Shown here: positions 18,377 through 27,784 of the stretch, one piece after another
Position numbering within the stretch: the stretch's first letter is position 1
Layout: every line of letters starts with the position of its first letter
DNA from: Vibrio vulnificus CMCP6
GTDB lineage: Bacteria; Pseudomonadota; Gammaproteobacteria; Enterobacterales; Vibrionaceae
Reading direction: 5' to 3'
Length of the DNA stretch: 32,000 nt
NCBI RefSeq assembly: GCF_000039765.1
Contig: NC_004460.2
Span: 1,050,001 to 1,082,000 of the forward strand
Translations under genes and position numbers: made by a program
The notes under the pieces: generated by a model
Seen by the model: only the letters and a program-made list of their open reading frames with translations
What the model was told of the DNA's origin: nothing
Database searches by the model: none

Positions 18377-18841
18377 TTACTGCGTCACAGCCTGCACAAT
18401 CTGCAGCTCATAGGCCTGCTCGTAGCTAAGCTCATTATTGATTAAGGCGCCAAGGGCCGCCTCACTTAACAGCATCACCTGTTGCGCATTTTCAGGCGGA
18501 GGCACATGAATGGTGAGCCCATCCATTTGCCGCTTTGACCACAATTGACTGTCCACCAAATAGATGTAGCTTTCCGCTGCGACCGCATCCGGCCATTGCT
18601 TGTTGAGCAAGGTTAACCACCACTGCGCACGCGCCAGTCCTTTGCTGCCCGCCAATCTCTGCGGTTTGGTAATGTGTTGCGCATCAATCGCTTCGCGAGT
18701 GGCTATCGCGATGTCTAACGCGCCGGGATAACTCTCCGCAAACGGGTTATTAAATTGCCCATCATAAGAGCAAGCCAGCACAGGCTGGCTTGCCATTAAG
18801 GACAACAAACCCAAGAGAGGTAAGTGCCTACTTCGCACCAT
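18377..18841 (-). CDS. Hypothetical secreted/periplasmic protein, 154 aa
   Basis: N-terminal signal-like sequence MVRSRHLPLLGLLSLMASQPVLAC; no family recognised. Confidence 0.7.
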   Translation of the reverse strand: MVRSRHLPLLGLLSLMASQPVLACSYDGQFNNPFAESYPGALDIAIATREAIDAQHITKPQRLAGSKGLARAQWWLTLLNKQWPDAVAAESYIYLVDSQLWSKRQMDGLTIHVPPPENAQQVMLLSEAALGALINNELSYEQAYELQIVQAVTQ

Positions 18842-18854
18842 AACTATGCCCTCT

Positions 18855-20816
18855 CTATGGCGTCACAATGTTGAACCAGAAATCAAACTTATCCAGCATG
18901 CCAACAAAGTCTTTAAACACCTGCGTATTGCCTTTTAGTTGCACATCACCATCAGCAATTGCTTTCTCCAAGGTAATGTTGCCAAGCTGAACATCGTCTA
19001 AAGTCGCCTTGGTCAAATTCAACGTCACGTCGGCTTTTTTCGCTTGCTTACGCGTGTGGTTGAGCACCGAGTTTTCCACATACAAGGTGTACTGCTCATC
19101 TAAATCGGTGAAATTGATGTTGATGGCGAAGGTTTTACCCGCGGCTTTTTCTGGCAAAATGCGCACCGCTAGGTAATCAAACAACATCTCTGGCGGCATG
19201 TTTTTGATGATGTCGGGCGAGGCCGTATTGGTGCCTCCCGCTTTGGGCGTCCCGTTTCTTAGCTCATAAGCCCCTTGCAAGTAGACCGAGCGCCAAGGGC
19301 CAGATTCCGCTTGATACCCCAACTGCTCGTAAGTATCGGCGAGCAACGCTTTGCCACGCTTACTTTGTGGGTTAGCAAAAACAACATGTTTGAGCACTTC
19401 CGCCACCCAGCGGTAGTTGCCTTTATCGAAATCCGCTTGCGCCTTGTCGATGGTTGCGCTTTCGCCGCCCATGTACTCAACGTATTTCACCGCTGCGTTG
19501 GTTGGCGGTAAGTTGTTGAGATCGGAAGGATTACCAGAATACCAACCCATGTAGCGCTGATAAACCGCTCGGCTGTTGTGGCGCAAGGTGCCGTAGTAAC
19601 CGCGTGTACTCCAGTTCTTCTCCAACTCCTCTGGGAATTGAATCACTTCCGAGATTTCAGAGCCGATGTACCCTTGGTTCATCAAGCGTACGGTTTGGTC
19701 GTGCGTGTACTTGTACATATCACGCTGGCCTTTAAAGTAAGCAACAATCTCTTTGCTGCCCCACATTGGCCAGTGGTGACTTTGGAATTTCACTTCCACC
19801 TCATCACCCCACATTTCAATGGTTTCGTTGAGGTAAGAGGACCACTTGAGCGCATCACGCACCTGCGCTCCGCGCAACGTGAGGATGTTGTGCATGGTGT
19901 TGGTGGAGTTCTCTGCCATCCACAACGCTTTTTTGTCTGGGAACCAAGTATTGATTTCGGTTGGTGCTTCCGTGCCTGGGGTGTATTGGAACACCATGCG
20001 CACGCCATCCACCGTCAGCTCTTCACCGGTTTTTTCAATAATACGGGTGGGGACAATCAAGGTTGGTAAGCCCGTTGACGTGGTTTGGCCTAAGCCACCG
20101 TTGACCCCGCCACGTTCATTGCGCGGCAGCAAAGCACCATACATATAGATCGCGCGTCGGCCCATCGCATTGCCTGCAATCACGTTTTCTGACACTGCAT
20201 GTTCCGTGAAGCCGTGTGAGGCAATGATCTCCACCTTGCCCGCTTTCACATCTTCTTCATTCACGATGCCGCGAACCCCACCAAAGTGGTCAATGTGACT
20301 GTGCGAGTAGATCACCGCCGTCACTGGGCGCTCACCAAGCTGAGCGTTAACAAACTCCAGCGCCGCTTTAGCGGTTTCTTGGGAAATCAACGGGTCGAAG
20401 ACGATCCACCCTTTATCCCCTTTAATAAAGGTGATGTTGGAAAGATCGTAAGCGCGCACCTGATAAATGCCCTCAGTCACCTCAAACAGACCATTGATCA
20501 TATTGAGCTGCGCGTTACGCCATAAACTGGGGTTCACGCTATCTGGCGCTTTATTTTCTAGCGAGATGAACTGCTTGTACGCTTCCAGATCCCACACCAC
20601 ATCGCCATTGGCGTTTTTGATGATGACCACATCTTGTTTGGCGATCAAACCTCGTTGGGCATTCTTAAAATCGGTTTCATCCTTAAAATTTAACGCTTGA
20701 TACACCGCCTGATTGGCTTCAATCGTGGCTTGTGTCGCCGGTTTAGATGGGATGGGTTCGGCCAGAACGGCCCCTGACGTGAGCGCGAGCGCGATATACA
20801 AAGAGAGTGGTTTCAT
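18855..20816 (-). CDS. Alkyl/aryl-sulfatase with metallo-beta-lactamase fold and C-terminal SCP2-like domain (SdsA1/YjcS type), exported
   Basis: Metal motif 'SHSHIDHFGG'; 'FTEHAVSENVIAGNAMGRRAIYMYGALL', 'QSHHWPMWGSKEIVAYFKGQRDMYKYTHDQTVRLMNQGY'; signal peptide 'MKPLSLYIALALTSGAVLA'. Confidence 0.92.
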   Translation of the reverse strand: MKPLSLYIALALTSGAVLAEPIPSKPATQATIEANQAVYQALNFKDETDFKNAQRGLIAKQDVVIIKNANGDVVWDLEAYKQFISLENKAPDSVNPSLWRNAQLNMINGLFEVTEGIYQVRAYDLSNITFIKGDKGWIVFDPLISQETAKAALEFVNAQLGERPVTAVIYSHSHIDHFGGVRGIVNEEDVKAGKVEIIASHGFTEHAVSENVIAGNAMGRRAIYMYGALLPRNERGGVNGGLGQTTSTGLPTLIVPTRIIEKTGEELTVDGVRMVFQYTPGTEAPTEINTWFPDKKALWMAENSTNTMHNILTLRGAQVRDALKWSSYLNETIEMWGDEVEVKFQSHHWPMWGSKEIVAYFKGQRDMYKYTHDQTVRLMNQGYIGSEISEVIQFPEELEKNWSTRGYYGTLRHNSRAVYQRYMGWYSGNPSDLNNLPPTNAAVKYVEYMGGESATIDKAQADFDKGNYRWVAEVLKHVVFANPQSKRGKALLADTYEQLGYQAESGPWRSVYLQGAYELRNGTPKAGGTNTASPDIIKNMPPEMLFDYLAVRILPEKAAGKTFAININFTDLDEQYTLYVENSVLNHTRKQAKKADVTLNLTKATLDDVQLGNITLEKAIADGDVQLKGNTQVFKDFVGMLDKFDFWFNIVTP

Positions 20817-20968
20817 TGTCATTCCTTTTATGAACCTAACTGCACTCCAACAACGTAGACCACGCTCATCGCGTTCGCCATTTTCTACTGTTTTTTCATT
20901 GAGATATCGGGCACAGAATCAAACTTATCTTGCGAATGAGAGCCGTTGCATCCACGCAACAAAACAAC

Positions 20969-20984
20969 ATGACAAATTTGTCAT
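20969..20984. promoter_or_regulatory. CusR/CopR-type box, ATGACAAATTTGTCAT
   Basis: Perfect 16-bp palindrome matching the core of the E. coli CusR box as recalled (AAAATGACAANNTTGTCATTTT), 78 bp upstream of the DUF3316 gene at 21062 and a few hundred bp from a CusR-like regulator gene. Confidence 0.7.
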
Positions 20985-21061
20985 CTCAACGACCCTTTCT
21001 CGTCAGCGCCGATCGATACACTTTGCTTAACCCCTAGATAACTAGAGTTAAGGAAGCAACA

Positions 21062-21442
21062 ATGAAAAAAGTAACCACCACTCTTCTTGCTTCTGCTGGC
21101 TTAATTTTCGCGTCAACCAGTTGGGCGGCGCTGCAAACGCCACCGCCAAACTACACGTTTACCACTAAGCACTACAGCAAAACCACCGAGTTGTATGGCA
21201 GCCAGCAAGCAGCTTACGATGCTGGTGTGGTGCTGCTGGCCAACTTGCAAGCCGCATCGCCACAAGAACTAAAGGCCAAATTCAATGTCATAGCCTATGA
21301 CCCAACGGAAACCAACAGCATTGAGCTCAAAGATGGCGCAGAAATCAGCACCAAAGTGATCATCGATGAGCAAGGTGACACCCGCTACCAAGGTGTGGTC
21401 AACGTGGGTTATCAATATTTGAAACGAGATGAGAACAGCTAA
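21062..21442 (+). CDS. Second DUF3316-type small exported protein, 126 aa
   Basis: MKKVTTTLLASAGLIFASTSWAALQTPPPNY...'YGSQQAAYDAGVVLLANLQAASPQELKAKFNV'...'YQGVVNVGYQYLKRDENS', same architecture as 9168-9515. Confidence 0.75.
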   Translation: MKKVTTTLLASAGLIFASTSWAALQTPPPNYTFTTKHYSKTTELYGSQQAAYDAGVVLLANLQAASPQELKAKFNVIAYDPTETNSIELKDGAEISTKVIIDEQGDTRYQGVVNVGYQYLKRDENS

Positions 21443-21528
21443 TCTCCATCAAACCGCGTTTGGTAGGGCTCACCCCTAGCCCTGCCACGCTTTAGCTGGC
21501 CTCATTGTGACACTCGGTTAAGGCAGTT

Positions 21529-22224
21529 ATGAAACTTCTGATCATTGAAGACGAAAAGAAAACCGGGACGTATTTAAGAAAAGGACTTTCAGAAGCAGGC
21601 TATCTCGTCAATCTTGCCTGCGATGGGGTTGATGGCCTCTATCAAGCCACCAGCCAACGCTATGATTTAATTGTATTGGACGTGATGTTGCCCCACCTCA
21701 ATGGTTGGCAAGTGTTGCGCGCTCTGCGCAGTAACCAAGTCGACACCCCGGTGATTCTGCTCACCGCACGCGATCAAGTCGAAGATCGAGTCAAAGGACT
21801 GGAACTGGGCGCTGATGATTACATCGTTAAACCCTTCGCCTTTGTCGAACTGTTGGCGCGCATTCGCACCGTGCTCAAACGCCAACAACCCACCACCCAA
21901 AGCACCACCCGGCTTTCCATCGCCAATCTCCATCTGGATCTGTTGCGACGCAAAGTGTTTCGCGACAAAGAACCCATTGCCCTCACCGCCAAAGAGTTTG
22001 CCTTGTTGGAGCTGTTTATGCGCAAAACGGGGGAAGTGATGTCGCGCAGCCAAATCGCCTCTTCCGTTTGGGACATGAATTTCGACAGTGACACCAATGT
22101 CATCGACGTGGCCGTGCGGCGGCTGCGCAATAAAGTCGACAAACCGTTTGAGCCGAAATTGATTCACACTGAACGTGGCATGGGCTACGTGCTTGAGGAG
22201 CGAGAGCCTTGTTATGGGATTTAG
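21529..22224 (+). CDS. CusR-like OmpR-family response regulator (heavy-metal type)
   Basis: [40 protein letters not shown]...'[32 protein letters not shown]'; winged-helix C-terminus. Confidence 0.92.
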   Translation: MKLLIIEDEKKTGTYLRKGLSEAGYLVNLACDGVDGLYQATSQRYDLIVLDVMLPHLNGWQVLRALRSNQVDTPVILLTARDQVEDRVKGLELGADDYIVKPFAFVELLARIRTVLKRQQPTTQSTTRLSIANLHLDLLRRKVFRDKEPIALTAKEFALLELFMRKTGEVMSRSQIASSVWDMNFDSDTNVIDVAVRRLRNKVDKPFEPKLIHTERGMGYVLEEREPCYGI

Positions 22225-23566
22225 ATCGATCACCACTCGGCTGACTTTTTCCTACTTTTTTGCCTCTCTGTTGGTACTTGTGTCACTGAGTGCCGCGGTA
22301 CTGTGGGCGGTCAAACATCATCTTTACGAGCAAGATCGCTACAACTTACAGCAAAAGTTCAACACGATTAACGAACTGAGAGTGCGAGGCGATTTCATCA
22401 GCCAATATGGCCCTTTCTTTGAAAAAGGCGACACCAAACTCTGGCTGCTCAATGGCAATCAGGTGGAATACCAGTCTCAATCGCTCGCTTTGCCGCAAAG
22501 GTTCATCAACAAAGCCAGCATGGAACGCATAGATTGGCAGGAAAATGGCCACCATTACCGAGCCATCCGTTTCCCGCTGAGTAGCTCGCCAGAGTGGTAC
22601 GCGGTGTTGGGGCTGAACATCGACCTGCACATTACCTTTCTGTCCAACTTCAAACAGGTGCTGCTGTGGATCACCTTTTTCGCCAGCATCGTCAGTGGCT
22701 TTCTCAGTTGGTTCATTGCGCGCAAAGGGCTCAAACCTTTGGCCAAACTTGAACAATACGTGGATGCCATTTCTACGGAAGAGCTCAGTGTCCGCGTCCC
22801 ACAGCAGCCCTTTCCGGAGGAATTATTGCCATTGGTGGCACGTTTCAACCGCATGCTTTCTCGCCTTCAGGGCGATTTTGAACGCCTATCGGAATTTTCA
22901 TCCGACATCGCCCACGAGCTGCGCACCCCCATCGGCAATATGATGACGCAAACCCAAGTGATGCTGGCCAAACCGCGCAGTGAGCAAGAATATCGCGATA
23001 TTTTGGAATCCAACGCCGAAGAGCTCAGTCGTCTCACCAAAACCATCTCCGATATGCTCTATTTGGCCAAATCGGAGCACAACTTGTTGATGAAAAACAA
23101 CGAGCCGATCGACCTCAAATTGCTGCTGGAGGATCTGGCGGAATACTACGAGTTAGCGGGGGATGAAAAGTCCCTCACCATTACTTGTTTTGGTGAAGGG
23201 CAAGTGGTCGGGGACAGAACCATGCTAAAGCGTGCGTTCGCCAACTTGCTCTCCAACGCGGTGCGCCACAGTTACCCAGAGAGCAATATCACCGTCGAGA
23301 TTTTCCCGCATTTGATCGGCTACCAAATTGCCGTGACCAATCACGGAGAGACCATCGAATCCACGCAAATCCCACGCTTATTCGAGCGTTTCTATCGCGC
23401 CGACAAATCGCGCACTCACCAACAAAGTGGTGGCGCGGGCTTGGGCTTACCCATTTCTCGTTCCATAGCCAAATTGCATGGCGGCGATATTTACGCCCAG
23501 TCCAAGCACGACTTAACCACCTTTACGCTCACCTTGAGTGATGTAGTTATCCATCCGGCTCACTGA
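22214..23566 (+). CDS. CusS-like sensor histidine kinase
   Basis: [31 protein letters not shown]..., HAMP, HisKA '[24 protein letters not shown]', HATPase '[19 protein letters not shown]'; start overlaps the regulator stop by 11 bp. Confidence 0.92.
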   Translation: MGFRSITTRLTFSYFFASLLVLVSLSAAVLWAVKHHLYEQDRYNLQQKFNTINELRVRGDFISQYGPFFEKGDTKLWLLNGNQVEYQSQSLALPQRFINKASMERIDWQENGHHYRAIRFPLSSSPEWYAVLGLNIDLHITFLSNFKQVLLWITFFASIVSGFLSWFIARKGLKPLAKLEQYVDAISTEELSVRVPQQPFPEELLPLVARFNRMLSRLQGDFERLSEFSSDIAHELRTPIGNMMTQTQVMLAKPRSEQEYRDILESNAEELSRLTKTISDMLYLAKSEHNLLMKNNEPIDLKLLLEDLAEYYELAGDEKSLTITCFGEGQVVGDRTMLKRAFANLLSNAVRHSYPESNITVEIFPHLIGYQIAVTNHGETIESTQIPRLFERFYRADKSRTHQQSGGAGLGLPISRSIAKLHGGDIYAQSKHDLTTFTLTLSDVVIHPAH

Positions 23567-24420
23567 AATTTTTCGCGAAACAGCTCAATCAGCACTTTCA
23601 CTTTCTCCGGAAGGTAAAGTGCTGACGGGTAGATTAAGGTCAAGTGTTGTTTCGCATGGGTGAGGTGGGGCAACACTTCCACTAAGTTGCCCTCTTCCAA
23701 CGCGGGTTTGGAATGTACTTGCGGAATAAACGCAATCCCTTGCCCTGCCATCGCCATGGAACGCAGCAAATGCAAATCGTCCGATTTCAGTGCCAGCGGC
23801 AAACTGGGATCCAGCAAGTCAGCATTGTAGCGGTTGGTCAGCAAGCGGTGCTGGCGCAAATCTTCTAAGCAATGAATCGCAGGATGCGTTGCTAAGTAAG
23901 CTTGCGAGGCCACCAAATGCGAGCGATAGGGAAGCAAGCTAAACTGCACATAGCTGTCGTCACTGACCTTCGCCCCATCAGGCAAGAGCTGAAGATCGAA
24001 CGCCTGACGGCGCAGATCGACACTTTGCTGATGGTTTTCAATCTCCAAGGAGACCGAGGGAAAACGCAGGCTAAATTGGCTGATGATGGCGTTAAACGCC
24101 GCCGAGGTCATCAAAGCCGAAGGGATCGCCAAACGTACTTTACCCCCCGATGGCTGATTGTGCTCAGACATCACCGCCAACCCTTGTTGCAAATGCGTCA
24201 TCGGCTGACCCACCAGTTCAATCAAGCGTTGACCTTGCTCGGTCAATTCAATTGAGCGCGTGGTGCGAATCAACAACTGACACCCCAGCGCCTTTTCCAG
24301 CTCTTGCAAACGGCGGCTGACTTTAGAGCGTTGCATTTTCTGCACGTTGGCTGCGGCACTGATGCCGCCATGCATCACCGTTTGGGTAAACAGATAGAGA
24401 TCATCGAGACTGACGTTCAT
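23560..24420 (-). CDS. LysR-family transcriptional regulator
   Basis: MNVSLDDLYLFTQTVMHGGISAAANVQKMQRSKVSRRLQELEKALGCQLLIRTTRSIELTEQG is a LysR HTH; divergent from the efflux genes; stop overlaps the CusS-like stop by 7 bp. Confidence 0.93.
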   Translation of the reverse strand: MNVSLDDLYLFTQTVMHGGISAAANVQKMQRSKVSRRLQELEKALGCQLLIRTTRSIELTEQGQRLIELVGQPMTHLQQGLAVMSEHNQPSGGKVRLAIPSALMTSAAFNAIISQFSLRFPSVSLEIENHQQSVDLRRQAFDLQLLPDGAKVSDDSYVQFSLLPYRSHLVASQAYLATHPAIHCLEDLRQHRLLTNRYNADLLDPSLPLALKSDDLHLLRSMAMAGQGIAFIPQVHSKPALEEGNLVEVLPHLTHAKQHLTLIYPSALYLPEKVKVLIELFREKFQ

Positions 24421-24519
24421 TGTCCTACTTTTAGCTCATTAATGTCTTTTTTCACATTCTACTGCACAACGTCTCCCTTCTCTATAATCGCACTCTTTCT
24501 TTTTAAACTGATAGATTCT

Positions 24520-25584
24520 ATGACTGCAGAACATAAATTTCGCGTTTGGATGAGAAGCCTGATTGTCCTATTCATCGCACTATTTTTCTACATCATCCTG
24601 GCTGACCAACACGCTCCCATCACCACCGAAGGTCGCGTTCAAGGTTATGTTGTGCAAGTCGCCCCTGAAGTGTCGGGCAAAGTGACCCAAGTGCAGATCC
24701 ACAATAACCAACATGTTCAACAAGGGGATGTGCTGTTTAGCATTGATGCACGTAAATACCGCATTGCCTTAGAGCAAGCCAAGCTCTCGCTGCAATCTGC
24801 CTTAGAAAAAGAAGCGACGCTCTATTCTCAACGCGAAGCGGCACTGGCGAATATTGCGCGAGCACAAGCGACTTATGACAACGCCCATCGAGAGTATCTG
24901 CGCCTGCAAAAGCTCTCGACGCAGCAAGTAATTTCCCGCTCAAGCCTCGATAACTCCTTTGCGCAAAACCAAGTGGCCAACGCCAACTTAAAAGCCGAGC
25001 AGCAAAGCCTCAACGTGATTGAAGCGCAACTAGGCCAAGGTGAAGGACAAAGCACCGCAGTGCGCGTGGCGCAAAACGGCATTGAAAAAGCGCAGTTGGA
25101 TTTAGCCAATACTCAGGTGCTTGCCCCCAGCGATGGTGTGGTGACCAACTTGCAATTGGAAGTGGGCAGCATGGCCAACGCCAACCAGCCCCTGCTGACT
25201 TTCATTCCAACCGGTTCACTGTGGGTAACGGGGGATTTTCGCGAAAAATCCGTCGCCAAGGTAGATGATCGCTATCATGCCATGGTGGCGTTTGATGCCT
25301 ATCCGGGCCAAGTGTTTGATTTCTCGCTCTCTAGCCGAGATTACGGTGTTGCTGCCGCGCAGCAAAAACCTAACGGCTCATTAACCAGCGTAGAAATCAA
25401 CAACCGCTGGGTACGCGATGCGCAGAGAACACGCGTCAATCTCGCCACTGACGATGCCATGCCTGCGGCACTGTTTGTTGGCTCTCGCGCCACTATCGTG
25501 CTCTACCCACCAGAGGAGACCTTATGGCGTTGGATGGCCACTTGGCAAATCAAGCTCGCCAGCCTGTTCCACTACGTGTACTAG
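24520..25584 (+). CDS. HlyD-family membrane fusion protein (EmrA/AaeA-like)
   Basis: MTAEHKFRVWMRSLIVLFIALFFYIILADQHAPITTEGRVQGYVVQVAPEVSGKVTQVQIHNNQHVQQGDVLFSID...'PSDGVVTNLQLEVGSMANANQPLL'. Confidence 0.93.
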   Translation: MTAEHKFRVWMRSLIVLFIALFFYIILADQHAPITTEGRVQGYVVQVAPEVSGKVTQVQIHNNQHVQQGDVLFSIDARKYRIALEQAKLSLQSALEKEATLYSQREAALANIARAQATYDNAHREYLRLQKLSTQQVISRSSLDNSFAQNQVANANLKAEQQSLNVIEAQLGQGEGQSTAVRVAQNGIEKAQLDLANTQVLAPSDGVVTNLQLEVGSMANANQPLLTFIPTGSLWVTGDFREKSVAKVDDRYHAMVAFDAYPGQVFDFSLSSRDYGVAAAQQKPNGSLTSVEINNRWVRDAQRTRVNLATDDAMPAALFVGSRATIVLYPPEETLWRWMATWQIKLASLFHYVY

Positions 25585-25593
25585 AGGGGCAAG

Positions 25594-26601
25594 ATGAAAA
25601 CTCAGCGAATTTGGTTTGGCTGCGCCAGCGGCCTTGCCCTGAGCATGCTCTTTGGCTGGTCTTACGGTTTTTTCGCCATCATGCTGCCACTGTTTATTCT
25701 CAGCAGAACCGATAGCTTTCAGCTCTCACGGCTACTGATGGTGGTTTTTTCCGCCGTCTGGACCACAGTACAAGCAACCTTTTTGTTGGAATATCTGCAG
25801 TTCCACCCCGTGCTCATGACGGTGGCGGTGGGGCTGTTTTTCCTCATCAAATGCATTGCGATGATGAATCCCAACACCTACTTGTTTGGCTATATGGGGC
25901 TGTTGGTTGGGTCGATCGTACTGAACTTTGCCAGCTATGATTTCATCGATATCGAAGATTTTAACCTCAACTTGTGGGTCATTTCCCTTGCGAACATTGC
26001 CATTTGTGCGCTGGCTTTTTGGCTCTTTCCCGAGCCTAAACGCGACGAGTTTCAGGATGCCATGACCACACCCGTCAAAAGCGATATGGACTACATCAGC
26101 CAAGTAGCGATGGGTTGGGTGGTCGCCATGGCCGCTTTTCTGCTGTTTCAATTTGCCGATCTTTACGACTCGCTCTCAGCGCAAGCGTCAATCATCATCA
26201 TTCTTACACCAATGACCTTGGCTGGCTCCATGGCGATGGCAAAAATCCGCGTCATTGGCACCGCGCTGGGTTGCTTAGCTGGTTTGGCAGTTCAACTGGT
26301 GTTAGGCGGTTGGTATAGCAATGGCTTGCTGTTTTGGCTCGCGCTGACCATCGCCATGGGGCCATTTTGTTATTTGCTCACCAAGGGGCCAATCAAAGGT
26401 GCGATCGCATTTTCGGCGATGTCGGCACTGGCCGTGCCGCTGACGGCGATTGTCCCCGAAGGCAAAGACGCGTTCTTTTCGATTTTGTACCGCTTTAGCT
26501 CCATCTTTGTCGCCGTGACCGCCACAGCGATGTTGATGTGGGTAGTGCATCATGGCATTCGCGCGTTGTTATTGAAGCATCCTGAAATTCAGAATGTATA
26601 G
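25594..26601 (+). CDS. DUF2955-type inner-membrane protein, putative partner of the HlyD-family protein (aromatic-acid/FUSC-like exporter)
   Basis: MKTQRIWFGCASGLALSMLFGWSYGFFAIMLPLFILSR..., about 10 hydrophobic segments; 9-bp gap after the HlyD-family gene. Confidence 0.8.
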   Translation: MKTQRIWFGCASGLALSMLFGWSYGFFAIMLPLFILSRTDSFQLSRLLMVVFSAVWTTVQATFLLEYLQFHPVLMTVAVGLFFLIKCIAMMNPNTYLFGYMGLLVGSIVLNFASYDFIDIEDFNLNLWVISLANIAICALAFWLFPEPKRDEFQDAMTTPVKSDMDYISQVAMGWVVAMAAFLLFQFADLYDSLSAQASIIIILTPMTLAGSMAMAKIRVIGTALGCLAGLAVQLVLGGWYSNGLLFWLALTIAMGPFCYLLTKGPIKGAIAFSAMSALAVPLTAIVPEGKDAFFSILYRFSSIFVAVTATAMLMWVVHHGIRALLLKHPEIQNV

Positions 26602-26659
26602 AGAAGTTGGGAAAAAAGAACCTTGCGGAGATTCCCACTCTGGCGAGTGACATGCTGAT

Positions 26660-26698
26660 AAAACAAAAGCCAAGCGCTGATCACTTGGCTTTGTTTTA
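26660..26698. terminator. Bidirectional intrinsic terminator between convergent genes
   Basis: AAAACAAAAGCCAAGCGCTGATCACTTGGCTTTGTTTT: 8-bp GC-containing core stem extended by A/T flanks, T-rich on both strands. Confidence 0.85.
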
Positions 26699-26725
26699 TC
26701 TAAGGAGTGGGGAAAATGCCCCGTG

Positions 26726-27754
26726 TTATTTCGCCAGCTCTTTTCGCACAATCGCAGCGCCGGCGGCTAAAGCATTGAGCTTGGCGGCGGAAACATCACG
26801 AGCAAGTGGTGCCATGCCGCAGTTGGTGCATGGGTAGAGCTTGTCTGCATCGACGTATTTCAACGCTTCACGCAGGGTGTTGGCCACTTCTTCTGGCGTT
26901 TCAATCTCGTTGGTGGCGACGTCAATTGCGCCGACCATCACTTTCTTGCCGCGGATCAACTCAAGCAGCTCAATCGGCACGCGCGAGTTGTGGCATTCCA
27001 GCGAGATAATATCGATGTTGGATTTCTGCAGTTTCGGGAACACTTCTTCGTATTGTCGCCACTCAGAGCCAAGCGTTTTCTTCCAATCGGTGTTGGCTTT
27101 GATGCCGTAGCCATAACAGATATGCACCGCCGTTTCGCATTTCAGCCCTTCGATAGCGCGCTCCAAACAAGCAATGCCCCAATCGTTGACATCATCAAAA
27201 AAGACGTTAAACGCGGGTTCATCAAATTGGATGATGTCGACGCCCGCCGCTTCAAGCTCTTTCGCTTCTTGGTTAAGGATCTTAGCGAACTCCCACGCCA
27301 GTTTTTCGCGGCTGCCGTAGTAATCATCATAGAGTGTGTCGATCATCGTCATTGGCCCCGGCAGCGCCCACTTAATCGGCTGCTTGGTTTGCTGGCGCAA
27401 GTATTTGGCATCGTCCACAAACACTGGCTTAGTGCGGCTCACCGGCCCCACGACCGTCGGCACGCTCGCCTCATAACGGTTACGAATGGTCACCGTTTTG
27501 CGGTTTTCAAAATCCACCCCGCTCAGGTGCTCAATAAAAGTCGTCACAAAGTGTTGGCGAGTCTGTTCGCCGTCACTGACAATATCCACACCCGCTCGTT
27601 CTTGCTCGTGCAAAGAGAGGCGCAGCGCATCGCGTTTGCCGTCCGTCAGTTCATCGCCTTGCAGTTTCCATGGCGACCAAAGTGTTTCCGGCTCAGCCAG
27701 CCATGAAGGTTTCGGTAAGCTGCCCGCGGTTGAAGTGGGTAATAGTGTTTTCAT
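26726..27754 (-). CDS. mesD: MetE C-terminal-domain-like, core-only methionine synthase (MesD-like)
   Basis: MKTLLPTSTAGSLPKPSWLAEPE...'DIVSDGEQTRQHFVTTFIEHLSGVDF'...'DIIQFDEPAFNVF'...'HICYGYG'...'DIISLECHNSR'...'YPCTNCGMAPLARDVSAAKLNALAAG'. Lies directly downstream of a DUF1852 gene, the known MesX-MesD arrangement. Confidence 0.85.
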   Translation of the reverse strand: MKTLLPTSTAGSLPKPSWLAEPETLWSPWKLQGDELTDGKRDALRLSLHEQERAGVDIVSDGEQTRQHFVTTFIEHLSGVDFENRKTVTIRNRYEASVPTVVGPVSRTKPVFVDDAKYLRQQTKQPIKWALPGPMTMIDTLYDDYYGSREKLAWEFAKILNQEAKELEAAGVDIIQFDEPAFNVFFDDVNDWGIACLERAIEGLKCETAVHICYGYGIKANTDWKKTLGSEWRQYEEVFPKLQKSNIDIISLECHNSRVPIELLELIRGKKVMVGAIDVATNEIETPEEVANTLREALKYVDADKLYPCTNCGMAPLARDVSAAKLNALAAGAAIVRKELAK

Positions 27755-27784
27755 CGTCATTCCCTTCTCGATTCTACTGATTGC

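Noticed and set aside
19578-20069. 163-aa plus-strand ORF inside the alkylsulfatase
   Set aside because: It is antisense to a well-conserved enzyme; no domain or start-site support.
26990-27706. 238-aa plus-strand ORF inside the MesD-like gene
   Set aside because: The length reflects codon bias of the true minus-strand gene; its composition does not look like a protein family I know.
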